Origin: Eubacterium sp. | Lineage (GTDB): Bacteria > Bacillota > Clostridia > Peptostreptococcales > Anaerovoracaceae | DNA length: 64,000 bases | Direction of reading: 5' to 3' | Assembly: GCA_034180045.1 (NCBI GenBank) | Contig: JAXFOY010000019.1 | Span: forward strand, 6,944 to 70,943 | In this document: piece after piece, positions 40,081 through 50,853 of the stretch | Layout of the letters: every line of letters begins with the position of its first letter | Numbering within the stretch: the stretch's first letter is position 1 | The notes under the pieces: model-generated | What the model was told of the DNA's origin: nothing | The model's input: the letters and a program-made list of their open reading frames with translations, nothing else | The model's database searches: none | Translations under genes and position numbers: made by a program

Positions 40081-41223
40081 ATGGCAGAAAAAAGAGATTA
40101 CTATGATGTTCTGGGTATTGAAAAGGGTGCGTCGGAGGGCGATATAAAAAAAGCTTATCGTAAGCTGGCGCTGAAATATCACCCTGACCGAAACCCGGGC
40201 GACAAGAGTGCAGAAGAAAACTTTAAGGAAGTAAACGAAGCATACAGCGTTCTTTCGGATGCGGATAAAAAGAGCAAATATGATCGTTTCGGACATGCAG
40301 GAGTAGATCCTAATGCCGGATTTGGACAGGGCGGATTTTCGGGAGGTTTCTCAGGTAGCGGATTTGAGGACATCTTTGACATGTTCGGCGGCATGTTCAG
40401 CGGTTTTTCCGGCGGCAGAACCAGAAACGGTCCTCAGAAAGGTCGAGACCTTCAGAAGCACATAACCATAGAGTTTGAAGAAGCTGCATTCGGTGTCAAT
40501 AAGAAGATAAATATAACAAAGCAGGTAAAATGCTCTACCTGTAACGGAGAGGGAACGGCTCCCGGAACAAGCAAGAGAAAATGCGGCAGATGTAACGGGA
40601 CGGGTACGGTTACAACAGTACAGAGAACACCGTTTGGTCAGTTTCAAAGCCAAAGCGTGTGCCCTGACTGTAACGGAAGCGGCTTTATCATAGATACTCC
40701 ATGCCCTGACTGTCACGGTACGGGAAGTGTGAGAAAGACAATAACTATAGATGTAAATATCCCGGCAGGTGTTGATAATGAAACGGTCTTACCTATCAGG
40801 GGACAGGGAGAGCCGGGAATAAACGGCGGACCTGCGGGCGATTTATACATAGTGCTTAACGTTAAGCCGCATAAGATGTTCAGTCGTTCAGGCAGCGATT
40901 TGTATTTAGAGATACCTATAAGCTTTGGTCAGGCGGCTCTTGGAGACGAAATTACAGTACCTACACTTGATGGAAAAGTTACATATAAGGTTCCTGCGGG
41001 AACTCAGCCGGAGACTGTGTTCAGGCTGAAAGGTAAAGGTGTTAAAAATGTCAGAAGCAGCAAGATGGGAGACCTGTATGTAAAGGTGCAGCTGGAAGTG
41101 CCGACAAAGCTTAACTCAAAGCAGCGCAAGGCAGTTGAATCAATGGACAAGGCTCTTGATGAAACTTGCTACAAGAAGAAAAGCGGTTTTGCACAGAAAG
41201 TCAAAGAAATTTTTGGATTTTAA
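40081..41223 (+). CDS. dnaJ: Chaperone DnaJ
   Basis: J domain with HPD, G/F region, four CxxCxGxG repeats. Confidence 0.98.
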   Translation: MAEKRDYYDVLGIEKGASEGDIKKAYRKLALKYHPDRNPGDKSAEENFKEVNEAYSVLSDADKKSKYDRFGHAGVDPNAGFGQGGFSGGFSGSGFEDIFDMFGGMFSGFSGGRTRNGPQKGRDLQKHITIEFEEAAFGVNKKINITKQVKCSTCNGEGTAPGTSKRKCGRCNGTGTVTTVQRTPFGQFQSQSVCPDCNGSGFIIDTPCPDCHGTGSVRKTITIDVNIPAGVDNETVLPIRGQGEPGINGGPAGDLYIVLNVKPHKMFSRSGSDLYLEIPISFGQAALGDEITVPTLDGKVTYKVPAGTQPETVFRLKGKGVKNVRSSKMGDLYVKVQLEVPTKLNSKQRKAVESMDKALDETCYKKKSGFAQKVKEIFGF

Positions 41224-41290
41224 TTTTTTTGATGCGGTGCGGAGCTGATTACCCTGCATGAAAAGGCTAATTTGAATGGTATAAAACATA

Positions 41291-41320
41291 TTGTAAACCA
41301 AAACGAGTTTTGGTTTACAA
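41291..41320. promoter_or_regulatory. BirA-type biotin operator upstream of bioY
   Basis: TTGTAAACCAAAAC-ga-GTTTTGGTTTACAA: perfect 14-bp arms, fits TGTAAAC-N14-GTTTACA, directly upstream of bioY. Confidence 0.85.
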
Positions 41321-41374
41321 GAAAAAATTGTGATGATATAATAACCTTCGTATTTTACTACGGAGGTTATTATA

Positions 41375-41941
41375 ATGATTACAGAAAAAATTCAAAACAG
41401 AACAGGAAGACTCGCTATGGCGGCGCTATTTACGGCTTTGGTTGCAGTAGGTGCCTTTATTAAAATCCCTATGCCTTTTATGGATTACTTTACCTTGCAG
41501 TTTTTCTTTGTTATCTTATCGGGTATAGTGCTTGGAAGCAAACTGGGAGCACTTTCTCTCAGCCTATATTTGATTCTGGGACTTGTCGGTGTTCCCGTAT
41601 TTGCGGGCGGAGGCGGATTTAACTACGTTTTGATGCCGACCTTTGGTTACATTATATCGTTTATATTTGCATCATATGCTATAGGATATATTACAGAGAG
41701 AGGCAAACCGAGTCTTAAGAGATATTTTTCGGCTACACTTGTAGGTTTTGTATTGATTTACGCGATAGGTATTACATATAAACTTTTGATACTTCTTTGC
41801 TATATTCATACAGATAAGGCTGTTTCGGTAATTTTGCTATCATCCCTTTCAATTCAGATGCCTTTTGACATTTTTCTTTGCTTTGTTGTAGCAAATGTAG
41901 GACTCAGACTCAGAAAAATCGTATTCAAGTCCATGGCTTAG
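41375..41941 (+). CDS. bioY: Biotin ECF S component
   Basis: FTLQ, LGLVGVPVFAGGGG...PTFGYI. Confidence 0.93.
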   Translation: MITEKIQNRTGRLAMAALFTALVAVGAFIKIPMPFMDYFTLQFFFVILSGIVLGSKLGALSLSLYLILGLVGVPVFAGGGGFNYVLMPTFGYIISFIFASYAIGYITERGKPSLKRYFSATLVGFVLIYAIGITYKLLILLCYIHTDKAVSVILLSSLSIQMPFDIFLCFVVANVGLRLRKIVFKSMA

Positions 41942-42053
41942 GTGTAAACAAGTATATAGCCCATATAGCTTCATATTTGTTTGCGTAAATTCTTTGCAGA
42001 TGTTATATTGTAGACAAGGCAGTTTGTCTCTCTAGCTTTCAAAGGAGAAGAAT

Positions 42054-43280
42054 ATGGGACTATATAATTTCGATGAGAAAATCAGCAGAAAGAATACTAA
42101 CTCTCTAAATGTCGAGGGTTGGAGAACTTACATTTTCGGTGCTGAGGGCGAAAACAAGGAATTTGCCTTTGCTGATGATGAATTTATTCGTATGTGGATT
42201 GCGGATATGGAATTTGCCGTCGCGCCTGAGATTCGTGAAGCCATAGTGGACAGAGTCAACCAAAAGATATTCGGATATACGCTTGTATATGAAAAAGAAT
42301 ACTTTGATGTTTTCAGAAAGTGGTGCAAAGATAGATATGATTGGGATATAAATCCTGAAGAAATTTGTTTTTCCGCAGGTATCATCCCCGCGCTTTATCA
42401 GCTTGTTGAGGATTTAGTCGCAGAAGACGAAAAAGTGATGACGATGACGCCGGCATACGGATATTTTAAGCATGCATCCGACTACTCGGGCAGAGAAATG
42501 ATAAAGTGCCCCATGAAATTTGAAAACGGACATTTTAGTTTGGATTTTGATGAATTTGAGCGAAAAATCTCAGACCCTAAACTCAAGATGCTCTTCTTAT
42601 GCAATCCTCACAATCCTAGCGGGCATATATGGACAAAGGAAGAACTTGAGTTCATGGCATCAAAGATAGAAGAAAAAGGCATATGGGTGGTTTCGGATGA
42701 AATTCACTGCGATTTGTTAAGAACGGGTAAAGCGCATACTACAATGGCAAAGATAATGCCCGGCTATGATAAGCTGATAGTATGTATGTCCGCGAGCAAA
42801 ACCTTTAATATGGCGGGTTTGATGTTCTCGAATGTGTTCATAAGAAATGAAGAGGAGCGAGCTCGTTTCAAAAGTCGTGATAAATTGTTGGGAAGCGTAA
42901 GTCCTCTTTCCATTGCTGCACATAAAGCTGCCTACGAAAAAGGCGGAGCATGGCTTAACGAACTTAAGCTGTATATTGACGGAACGCTTGCGGAGCTTAA
43001 GGCTTTCTTTGATAAAAACTTACCTAAGGCGGTATTTGAGATTCCTGAGGCTACATACTTTGCCTGGCTTGATTTTAGAGCTTACTTTGATGATACGGAA
43101 AGCTTGACGGATTTCTTTGCAGATAAGGCGGGTGTGCTTGTAGAGGGTGGAAATTCTTTGTTTGTAGGGAATGCAGACGGATTTATAAGACTCAATTTAG
43201 CAATGCCAAGAGAAACTGTGATGGAAGCTCTTTGCAGAATAAAGAGGGCGATAGACGGCAGGCATACTGAAGGTTTATAG
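42054..43280 (+). CDS. MalY/PatB-family PLP-dependent C-S lyase
   Basis: MWIADMEF, LCNPHNP.G, SDEIH.D, SKTFN.AGL, RLNLA.PR. Confidence 0.9.
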   Translation: MGLYNFDEKISRKNTNSLNVEGWRTYIFGAEGENKEFAFADDEFIRMWIADMEFAVAPEIREAIVDRVNQKIFGYTLVYEKEYFDVFRKWCKDRYDWDINPEEICFSAGIIPALYQLVEDLVAEDEKVMTMTPAYGYFKHASDYSGREMIKCPMKFENGHFSLDFDEFERKISDPKLKMLFLCNPHNPSGHIWTKEELEFMASKIEEKGIWVVSDEIHCDLLRTGKAHTTMAKIMPGYDKLIVCMSASKTFNMAGLMFSNVFIRNEEERARFKSRDKLLGSVSPLSIAAHKAAYEKGGAWLNELKLYIDGTLAELKAFFDKNLPKAVFEIPEATYFAWLDFRAYFDDTESLTDFFADKAGVLVEGGNSLFVGNADGFIRLNLAMPRETVMEALCRIKRAIDGRHTEGL

Positions 43281-43298
43281 GAGCGGTACGGCAAATTT

Positions 43299-44264
43299 AT
43301 GAAATATATTGAAGTAAGAATAAAGACGAGCAAAAGCGGAATAGAGCCTGTGCTAACAGCGCTTATGAATATAGGGATAAATGATGCGATGATAGATGAT
43401 CCGGATGAGATAATGGAGATGCTGGCTTCGCCTAAATCCACAGAGTGGTACGATGAGAGTCAAATTCCCGATGTCACAAGGATGGAGCCCGGAGTGACAG
43501 TTTTCTTTGCAGATGATGAAGAGGGCAGGAAAAAGGCTGCCGAGCTTAGGCAAGCTATAGAATTTCTGGCAAAAAATGCTGCTGAGGGTATGTTCGGAAG
43601 TGATGTCGAGCTAGGGGCACTTTCCGTAAGTGCAAAGGTTGAAGACGATGTGCTGTGGCGTGACAAGTGGAAGGAATATTTTAAGCCTGCCAGAATTTCG
43701 GGAACTATAGTAGTGAAGCCGTCGTGGTGCGATTACGAGGCCGAAAAGGACGATATTATTATTGAAATCGATCCGGGAATGGCTTTCGGCACAGGAACTC
43801 ATGAAACAACTTCTCTTGCAATTAAGATGCTGGATAAATATATGCAAAAAGGATATAAGGTTCTTGATGTGGGCAGCGGATCCGGAATCCTTTCGATAGC
43901 GGCAGCAAAGCTTGGAGCATCGGAAGTTCTGGGAATAGATATAGATGAGGATGCGGTGAGAGTAGCAAATGAAAATCTCACGCTCAATAGCTGTGAAAAA
44001 ACCGCAAGATCTGTCAAAGGTGACCTTACGGACGGAGTGAGCTACGAGGCTGATATTGTAGTAGCAAATCTTCTTGCGGATTTGATAATGCGTTTATCAA
44101 AGGACGTTCCGGGACATATAAAGCAGTCCGGCATATATATCAGTTCAGGTATTCTTACAGATAAAGCGGATATGGTAGCAGATTGTATCCGTGAATGTGG
44201 CTTTGAAATAATAGAAAAAGCTGTGGACGGCGAATGGTGCAGCATAGTTGCTCGAAAAAAATAG
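43299..44264 (+). CDS. prmA: Ribosomal protein L11 methyltransferase
   Basis: IDPGMAFGTGTHETT, LDVGSGSGILSI, VVANLLA. Confidence 0.96.
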   Translation: MKYIEVRIKTSKSGIEPVLTALMNIGINDAMIDDPDEIMEMLASPKSTEWYDESQIPDVTRMEPGVTVFFADDEEGRKKAAELRQAIEFLAKNAAEGMFGSDVELGALSVSAKVEDDVLWRDKWKEYFKPARISGTIVVKPSWCDYEAEKDDIIIEIDPGMAFGTGTHETTSLAIKMLDKYMQKGYKVLDVGSGSGILSIAAAKLGASEVLGIDIDEDAVRVANENLTLNSCEKTARSVKGDLTDGVSYEADIVVANLLADLIMRLSKDVPGHIKQSGIYISSGILTDKADMVADCIRECGFEIIEKAVDGEWCSIVARKK

Positions 44265-44274
44265 TAAATTTATC

Positions 44275-44301
44275 ACCACCGATTCAAAATCGGTGGTTTT
44301 T
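44275..44301. terminator. Terminator between convergent prmA and cobO
   Basis: ACCACCGATT-caa-AATCGGTGGT followed by T-tract. Confidence 0.75.
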
Positions 44302-44375
44302 GTATTCTTAGAATGCAATATCTATTTCCGCGATTATAAATAAAATATCTTTAGTAAATAAATATATAATATAGT

Positions 44376-44897
44376 CTATCTTTCTATCCCGTCTCTTGCC
44401 GGTACACCCAGGCTGTAATAATGCTTTATTTCTTTCATCTCAGATACCAGGTCGGCGCGGTCTATAAGGTATTTCGGTGCATATCTGCCGGTCATTACAA
44501 GTTCGGTATTTTCAGGCTTGGAATCCACAATGGATAAAATCTCTTCTTTTGTAAGCAAATTAAAATATGTGCAAATAGTAATCTCATCTAAAATGACAAT
44601 ATCATATTCACGGGAATTGAGAATTTCCTTTGCTCTTTTCATACCCGAAACGGCACTTCTTACGTCTCTTTTGTTTGCATCTCTTCCCGCTATACATCCG
44701 TCTATACCATAAAGCTCTATCGTAATCTCGGGAAATCTGTTTTTTAGAATAGAAATTTCGTGATACTCCATACTTTTAACAAACTGTCCTATATATATTC
44801 TCAGTCCCGCACCTACGCCGCGAAGTGCAAGTCCCAGTGCCGCAGTTGTCTTTCCCTTACCGTTTCCCGTATATATTTGAAAATATCCTTTTTCCAT
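44376..44897 (-). CDS. cobO: Cob(I)yrinic acid a,c-diamide adenosyltransferase (CobO/BtuR type)
   Basis: YTGNGKGKTTAA.G, QFVK, LDEI, MTGR, ADLVSEM..IKH, ARDGIE. Confidence 0.93.
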   Translation of the reverse strand: MEKGYFQIYTGNGKGKTTAALGLALRGVGAGLRIYIGQFVKSMEYHEISILKNRFPEITIELYGIDGCIAGRDANKRDVRSAVSGMKRAKEILNSREYDIVILDEITICTYFNLLTKEEILSIVDSKPENTELVMTGRYAPKYLIDRADLVSEMKEIKHYYSLGVPARDGIER

Positions 44898-45182
44898 TTT
44901 CTCTCCCACTATTGCATTAAACCGAGATAATTTTAATTATAGCCGGCTTAAACTCACAAAGCAAGTTAACATCCGCATCTCTTCACATAATCACCATATG
45001 GGCGTAAAGAAAATACCATTTGACAGAAATAATTAAAAGTGATATTCTTACAAAGAATTATATAAAATATTTTAACTAAATTATTTTATATAAAATAATT
45101 TATATATTTTCTTGTAGTATTGCATTGAGAAATCTTACGGAAATATATACGGAAAATAAGTGAAAAAAGAGAGGTAAGAATA

Positions 45183-45413
45183 ATGACATTTGAAAAAGTA
45201 AAGGAACTGATTGTAGAAACACTTAGCGTAGACGAAGCCAAAATCACAATGGAGGCAAGCCTGGCAGAGGATTTGAAGATTGATTCACTTGATGCAGTAG
45301 AACTGGTTATGGCACTTGAAGAAGAGTACGATATCAAGTTGCCTGACGATGTTCTAAAGACGCTTGTAACCGTAAGCGATGTAGTTAAGTGTGTAGACGA
45401 ATACAAGGCATAA
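45183..45413 (+). CDS. acpP: Acyl carrier protein
   Basis: DSLDAVEL phosphopantetheine site. Confidence 0.95.
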   Translation: MTFEKVKELIVETLSVDEAKITMEASLAEDLKIDSLDAVELVMALEEEYDIKLPDDVLKTLVTVSDVVKCVDEYKA

Positions 45414-45415
45414 AT

Positions 45416-45877
45416 ATGGATTATAAGAATAAGGTAAAAGATTTAATAGATATATTCGAGTCATCAAATTTATCAGAAATGGAATTTGATGCTGACGGGC
45501 TTAGACTTAGACTGAAAAAGTCATCGACTTCGGATGCTGAAATGCTGATTGAAAATCAGATGCGTAGAACTGAAAGCAAGCAGGATATTTCAATTTTGGG
45601 CACTCAGGACTTGAACAATAATGAAGATGAAAGTTCCAAAGAATATATCAAAAGTCCGCTTGTCGGAACACTTTACCTTGCGGCAAATCCCCAAAGTCCG
45701 CCTTTTGTCGATACAGGCAGCAAGGTGAAGGAGGGAGAAACACTTTGCATAATCGAAGCGATGAAGATGATGAATGAACTTAAGGCACCATTTGACTTAA
45801 TTGTTAAGAGTGTTTTGCGAAATAACGGTGAGATGGTCGAATTTGATGAGAATATTTACGAGGTAGAAAGATGCTGA
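45416..45877 (+). CDS. accB: Biotin carboxyl carrier protein
   Basis: SPLVGT, EAMKMMN biotinylation motif. Confidence 0.93.
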   Translation: MDYKNKVKDLIDIFESSNLSEMEFDADGLRLRLKKSSTSDAEMLIENQMRRTESKQDISILGTQDLNNNEDESSKEYIKSPLVGTLYLAANPQSPPFVDTGSKVKEGETLCIIEAMKMMNELKAPFDLIVKSVLRNNGEMVEFDENIYEVERC

Positions 45878-47256
45878 AGCGTGTCTTAGTTGCTAACAGG
45901 GGTGAAATTGCACTTAGAATCATCAGAGAGTGCCTTGATAGAAGTATAGAAACAGTAGCCATATATTCCACAGAAGATAAAGACGCACTTCATGTACTTC
46001 TTGCAAATCAGGCTGTATGCGTTGGCGACGCACCCCCGTCTGAAAGCTATCTCAACGCCGATAATATAATTGAGGCGGCGCTTGGAACAGGATGTGACGC
46101 GATACATCCGGGGTTCGGTTTTCTCTCCGAAAATTCGGAGTTTGCCGCGCTTTGCGAAGAAAACGGAATCAAGTTTATAGGTCCGTCAGCAAAGGTTATA
46201 AGGCAGATGGGAAACAAATCTTCGGCAAGAAGTCTTATGGAAAAGGCAGGAGTTCCAACTGTTCCCGGGTCGTGCGGAGCAGTTAAAAGTCTTGACGAAG
46301 CCGGAAAAATAGCATCCGACATAGGCTTTCCAATACTTATAAAAGCCTCCGCAGGCGGTGGAGGCAGAGGAATGAGAAGAGCAGATTCAGAGTCTGAAGT
46401 TGCGGGAGCCTTTGACGAAGCTAAAGCGGAAGCTAGGGCGGCGTTTGGTGATGATACTGTATATATCGAAAAATTGATAGAAAATCCAAGACATATAGAA
46501 GTGCAGATTCTATCGGATTCTTTTGGCAATACAATTCATCTTGGTGAGAGAAATTGCTCAATACAAAGAAAAAATCAGAAAATGCTGGAGGAAGCTCCGG
46601 CATTTGGTTTTAATCAAAGCCTTAGGGAAAAAATATGCAGCGCTGCCGTACGTGCAGCGAAAATATGCGGATATGAGAGCGCAGGTACCGTTGAATTTGT
46701 TTTAGATAAAGATAACAATTTTTATTTTATAGAAATGAACACCAGAATTCAGGTAGAACATCCTGTGAGTGAAATGGTGACAGGTGTGAATCTCGTAGCG
46801 GAGCAGTTGAGAATCGCCTCGGGACTTCCTCTTAATCTTAAGCAAGAGGATATTGAAATTAAAGGGCACGCAATAGAGTGCAGAATATGTGCGGAAGATC
46901 CGTTGAATAATTTTTCGCCATCGCCGGGCAAGGTTGAATTTGTTCACTTCCCCGGAGGAAACGGAATTAGAGTGGAAAGTGCACTCTACAGCGGGTGTAA
47001 AATAAGTCCTTATTACGATTCTATGGCAGCCAAGGTTATCGTCTATGGAGAAACGAGAATCGAAGCTGTAAGAAGAATGAGAAGAGCTCTTGAGGAAACC
47101 ATAATCAGAGGAGTTGATACAACGCTTACGCTTCAGTACTTGATACTGTTCAACAAGGCTTTTCTGAGAGGCGGTTACGATACATCTTTCATACAAAAGG
47201 AACAGAAGAATTTGATAGGACTTATAGAAACTGCAAGCAAGATAAGAGGAGAGTAG
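45871..47256 (+). CDS. accC: Biotin carboxylase
   Basis: ANRGEIA, HPGFGFLSEN, GGGGRGM, EMNTRIQVEH, YYDSM.AK. Confidence 0.96.
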   Translation: MLKRVLVANRGEIALRIIRECLDRSIETVAIYSTEDKDALHVLLANQAVCVGDAPPSESYLNADNIIEAALGTGCDAIHPGFGFLSENSEFAALCEENGIKFIGPSAKVIRQMGNKSSARSLMEKAGVPTVPGSCGAVKSLDEAGKIASDIGFPILIKASAGGGGRGMRRADSESEVAGAFDEAKAEARAAFGDDTVYIEKLIENPRHIEVQILSDSFGNTIHLGERNCSIQRKNQKMLEEAPAFGFNQSLREKICSAAVRAAKICGYESAGTVEFVLDKDNNFYFIEMNTRIQVEHPVSEMVTGVNLVAEQLRIASGLPLNLKQEDIEIKGHAIECRICAEDPLNNFSPSPGKVEFVHFPGGNGIRVESALYSGCKISPYYDSMAAKVIVYGETRIEAVRRMRRALEETIIRGVDTTLTLQYLILFNKAFLRGGYDTSFIQKEQKNLIGLIETASKIRGE

Positions 47257-48969
47257 ATGGAAAAATTCTTCAAGGATAAAATTGGACTTCTGAGAGTTGT
47301 AAAAAATTTAAGTAAAAGTCCCGGCACGCCGGAGGAAATACGCATTGAAAATGAAACTATAAAATGCTTGCATTGCGGAACTGAAACAAGCAGAAATAAA
47401 ATGCGTGAGACACTTTACGTATGTCCTGTTTGCGGAACACATAGGAATATTACGGCAAAGCTGAGACTTAAATACACCTGTGATGAGAACAGTTTCAGAG
47501 AGTTTGGAAGATGGATTAAGGGTTATAATCCCTTAGATTTTCCGGGATATGAGGATAAACTTTGCCAAGCGGAAGAAAAGACAGGCATATCTGAAGCGGT
47601 GATAACAGGAACGTGCAGGATAAAAAATATCAAAGCGGTGATATGTGTGATGGATGCCAGATTTTTGATGGCAAGCATGGGAATGGCTGTTGGAGAGAAA
47701 ATAACCAGAGCTATTGAATATGCGACCAGGAAAAGATTACCGCTCATAATTTTTTCCGCCTCGGGAGGTGCGAGGATGCAAGAAGGAATGCTTTCTCTTA
47801 TGCAAATGGCAAAAACTTCAGCAGCCGTAGCTAAGCTGAGAGAAGCGGGAGGGCTGTTTATTTCGGTGATGACAAATCCTACTACCGGCGGTATTACAGC
47901 AAGCTTTGCCTCATTAGGGGACATACAGCTTGCTGAACCGGGAGCTCTCATCGGCTTTGCAGGTCCAAGAGTCATAAGTCAGACCATAGGAGAAAAACTT
48001 CCGGAGGGATTTCAGAGCGCTGAATTTCTGTTTGAACACGGTTTCCTGGATAAAGTAGTGCAAAGATGCGAAATGAGAAATACTCTTGCCAATATATTAT
48101 TGCTTCATCAAAAGAGCAGGAAGAACCGTATAGCGTGCGAAATGCCGGAAGCTTATGAGGAATTCTCGGATAAGTTCGATGCTGCGGAAAGAGTGATGCT
48201 CGCCAGAAATGAACAAAGACCTACATGCAGGTGCTACATAGATAGGTTGATTGCCGATTTTTGCGAACTTGGCGGTGACCGCTGCTATGGGGAAGATGCT
48301 TCCATAATAGGTGGTGTCGGAAGGTTTAGAGATATTCCCGTAGTCGTTATAGGGCAGCAAAAAGGTCGGAATCTTGAAGAAAATCTCAAATATAGATTCG
48401 GAATGCCGAATCCTGAGGGTTACCGTAAAGCAGAAAGGCTTATGAGGCACGCTGAACATTTTGATATGCCTATAATCACCTTTGTTGACACTCCGGGAGC
48501 GTATCCGGGTAAGGAAGCGGAGGAAAACGGACAGGGAAGCGCAATCGCACATTGTCTTCTGACACTCAGCAGGGTAAAGGTGCCGATAATCAACATATTC
48601 ATAGGTGAAGGAGGTAGCGGCGGGGCTCTTGCGATAGGATTCGGAGACAGCGTAATTATGATGGAGAACAGCGTGTTTTCCATTCTTTCACCGGAGGGCT
48701 TCGCATCGATTTTATACAAGGATTCGACAAAATGGAAAGAAGCTTGCGAAAATATGAAAATGACAGCACCGGAGCTTAGGCGTATGGGAATTTGTGACTA
48801 TGTGATTGAAGAGTGCTCAGAGGGCATGCACGTTGAAAGCGAGCCGAGCTTTAAGAAGCTGGAGATGACTATCAGTTACGAACTTGGAAGACTCTTAAAA
48901 TTAAACGCAAATGAACTTGTAAGCCGGAGATATTCAAAGCTTCGCAGAGTGGGAAAGGAACTGATCTAG
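47257..48969 (+). CDS. accDA: Acetyl-CoA carboxylase carboxyltransferase, fused beta+alpha subunits
   Basis: Cx2C-x15-Cx2C zinc finger, [16 protein letters not shown] (beta half); [25 protein letters not shown] (alpha half). Confidence 0.95.
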   Translation: MEKFFKDKIGLLRVVKNLSKSPGTPEEIRIENETIKCLHCGTETSRNKMRETLYVCPVCGTHRNITAKLRLKYTCDENSFREFGRWIKGYNPLDFPGYEDKLCQAEEKTGISEAVITGTCRIKNIKAVICVMDARFLMASMGMAVGEKITRAIEYATRKRLPLIIFSASGGARMQEGMLSLMQMAKTSAAVAKLREAGGLFISVMTNPTTGGITASFASLGDIQLAEPGALIGFAGPRVISQTIGEKLPEGFQSAEFLFEHGFLDKVVQRCEMRNTLANILLLHQKSRKNRIACEMPEAYEEFSDKFDAAERVMLARNEQRPTCRCYIDRLIADFCELGGDRCYGEDASIIGGVGRFRDIPVVVIGQQKGRNLEENLKYRFGMPNPEGYRKAERLMRHAEHFDMPIITFVDTPGAYPGKEAEENGQGSAIAHCLLTLSRVKVPIINIFIGEGGSGGALAIGFGDSVIMMENSVFSILSPEGFASILYKDSTKWKEACENMKMTAPELRRMGICDYVIEECSEGMHVESEPSFKKLEMTISYELGRLLKLNANELVSRRYSKLRRVGKELI

Positions 48970-49911
48970 ATGACAAATGAATATCTTGCCATGAAATTTA
49001 TAGGTACAGGGCTTGCGCACGGAAGTAAAAAAGTTCTAAACGATGATTTAGCAAGGATAATGGACACAAGCGATGGATGGATAAGAGAAAAAAGCGGAAT
49101 TGAAAGCAGGTGGTTCGCAGAAAATGAGAGCAATCTGGATATGGCGCTTGAGGCTTCTTTGATGGCTATGGAAGATGCAAATCTTTCTTCAAAGAAAATA
49201 GATGCGGTAATCGTTTGCACTTTCACGCCCGACAACGCAACTCCGGGTGTGGCAAATGAACTTGCAGGCAGATTAAAGCTGAGAGAAGATGTCTTGGCTT
49301 TCGATATAAACGGTGCTTGCTCGGGATATATTTACGGAGCAATACTGGCGGATTCTTTGCTTAAAAGCGGAAGCTACAGGAATATTTTGCTCGTTGGCAG
49401 TGAAAAAATCAGCAGCGTTATGAGTATGAAGGACAGAGGCACAGATGTCTTGTTTGGAGACGGTGCAGGTGCGGCAATTTGCGCACTCAGCGATGATTCT
49501 GTATTTTCACACTTGGAAGGGCTTGTTCCGAATTCCGATATTCTCTTTTGTGAAAGATTTGAGCCGAAGATAAAAATGCAGGGACAGGAAGTTTACAGGT
49601 TTGCTGTGAACAAAGTGCCGGAACTTACAGAGGCCTTACTTAAGACAAATAAGCTGAATAAAGATGAAGTTGACTGGTATATTTTTCATCAGGCGAACAA
49701 GAGAATAATCAGAAGCATAGCATCAAGACTTGGAATACCTTTGGAAAAATGCTATATGAATTTGGAAAAATACGGAAATACTTCGGCGGCAAGCATAGCG
49801 ATAGCCATAGCCGACATGAGAAAGAAAAATCTGCTAAAACCGGGTATGACGGCAGTAAGCGTCGGTTTTGGAGCAGGTCTTACATATGGCGGTATATTGT
49901 TTAAGGCGTAG
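48970..49911 (+). CDS. fabH: 3-oxoacyl-ACP synthase III
   Basis: NGACSG, FGDGAGA, FHQAN, YGNTSAAS. Confidence 0.95.
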   Translation: MTNEYLAMKFIGTGLAHGSKKVLNDDLARIMDTSDGWIREKSGIESRWFAENESNLDMALEASLMAMEDANLSSKKIDAVIVCTFTPDNATPGVANELAGRLKLREDVLAFDINGACSGYIYGAILADSLLKSGSYRNILLVGSEKISSVMSMKDRGTDVLFGDGAGAAICALSDDSVFSHLEGLVPNSDILFCERFEPKIKMQGQEVYRFAVNKVPELTEALLKTNKLNKDEVDWYIFHQANKRIIRSIASRLGIPLEKCYMNLEKYGNTSAASIAIAIADMRKKNLLKPGMTAVSVGFGAGLTYGGILFKA

Positions 49912-49923
49912 GGAGATGAATAT

Positions 49924-50853
49924 ATGATAGAACTTAATAAAATTTTTGATATGGAATTTCCTATTTTTCAGGGCGGTATGGCTCAGATTGCAACGGGATC
50001 TTTTGCTGCTGATGTATCAAATGCAGGCGCGATGGGAATTATAGGTACGGGCGCAATGAACGCCGAAATGCTCGAAGCGGAGCTTAAAGCGGTAAAGGCA
50101 AAAACGGATAAACCTTTTGGTATTAATTTGATGATGATGAATCCCGATGTGGACAGGATGGCGGAAGTGATAGCAAATTCCGGGGCGGCTCTTGTAACAA
50201 CAGGCGCGGGAAATCCCGGAAAATATATTGAGCTATGGAAAAAAAACAAGATTAAAGTTTTCCCCGTAGTTTCATCGGTCGCTTTAGCAAAAAGACTTGA
50301 GGCCTCAGGAGCTGACGGAATAATTGCCGAGGGCTGTGAAAGCGGAGGACACATAGGAGAGCTTACCAGTATGGTACTTATTCCACAGATAGCGGATGCA
50401 GTGAAGGTACCGGTAGTGGCAGCAGGTGGAATCGCAGGCGGAAGGCAGATGGCGGCAGCGGAATTGTTGGGAGCTAAGGGCATACAGATAGGAACAATAT
50501 TACTTGCCAGCGAGGAATGTCCTATACATCAAAATTATAAAGACGCAATTATAAAAGCTAAAGACAGAAGTACAGTTGTCACAGGCAGAACTGTCGGAGC
50601 TCCGGTAAGAGTTATAAAAAATGCCATGACGCAGGAATATATTGAACGCGAAACAGCAGGAGCAAGCCTTATGGAACTTGAAAAATATACGCTGGGAGCT
50701 TTGAGAAGAGCTGTCAAGGAGGGTGACATCAAAGCAGGCTCACTCATGGCAGGTCAGGATGCAGCCTTCGTAAAAGAGGTAAAACCGCTTCGCAGTATAT
50801 TTGAGCAGATTATGAATGAGTATGAGGTTTGTAAGAATGAATTTTGTAAATAA
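49924..50853 (+). CDS. fabK: Enoyl-ACP reductase FabK
   Basis: PIFQGGM, TTGAGNP, EG.ESGGHIG, AAGGIA, G.LMAGQ; no Cys cluster. Confidence 0.88.
   Translation: MIELNKIFDMEFPIFQGGMAQIATGSFAADVSNAGAMGIIGTGAMNAEMLEAELKAVKAKTDKPFGINLMMMNPDVDRMAEVIANSGAALVTTGAGNPGKYIELWKKNKIKVFPVVSSVALAKRLEASGADGIIAEGCESGGHIGELTSMVLIPQIADAVKVPVVAAGGIAGGRQMAAAELLGAKGIQIGTILLASEECPIHQNYKDAIIKAKDRSTVVTGRTVGAPVRVIKNAMTQEYIERETAGASLMELEKYTLGALRRAVKEGDIKAGSLMAGQDAAFVKEVKPLRSIFEQIMNEYEVCKNEFCK

Noticed and set aside
44898-45182. Cobalamin riboswitch upstream of cobO (also checked upstream of the Cys-rich gene)
   Set aside because: No B12-box elements (GGGAA...GCCACTG) on the minus strand.
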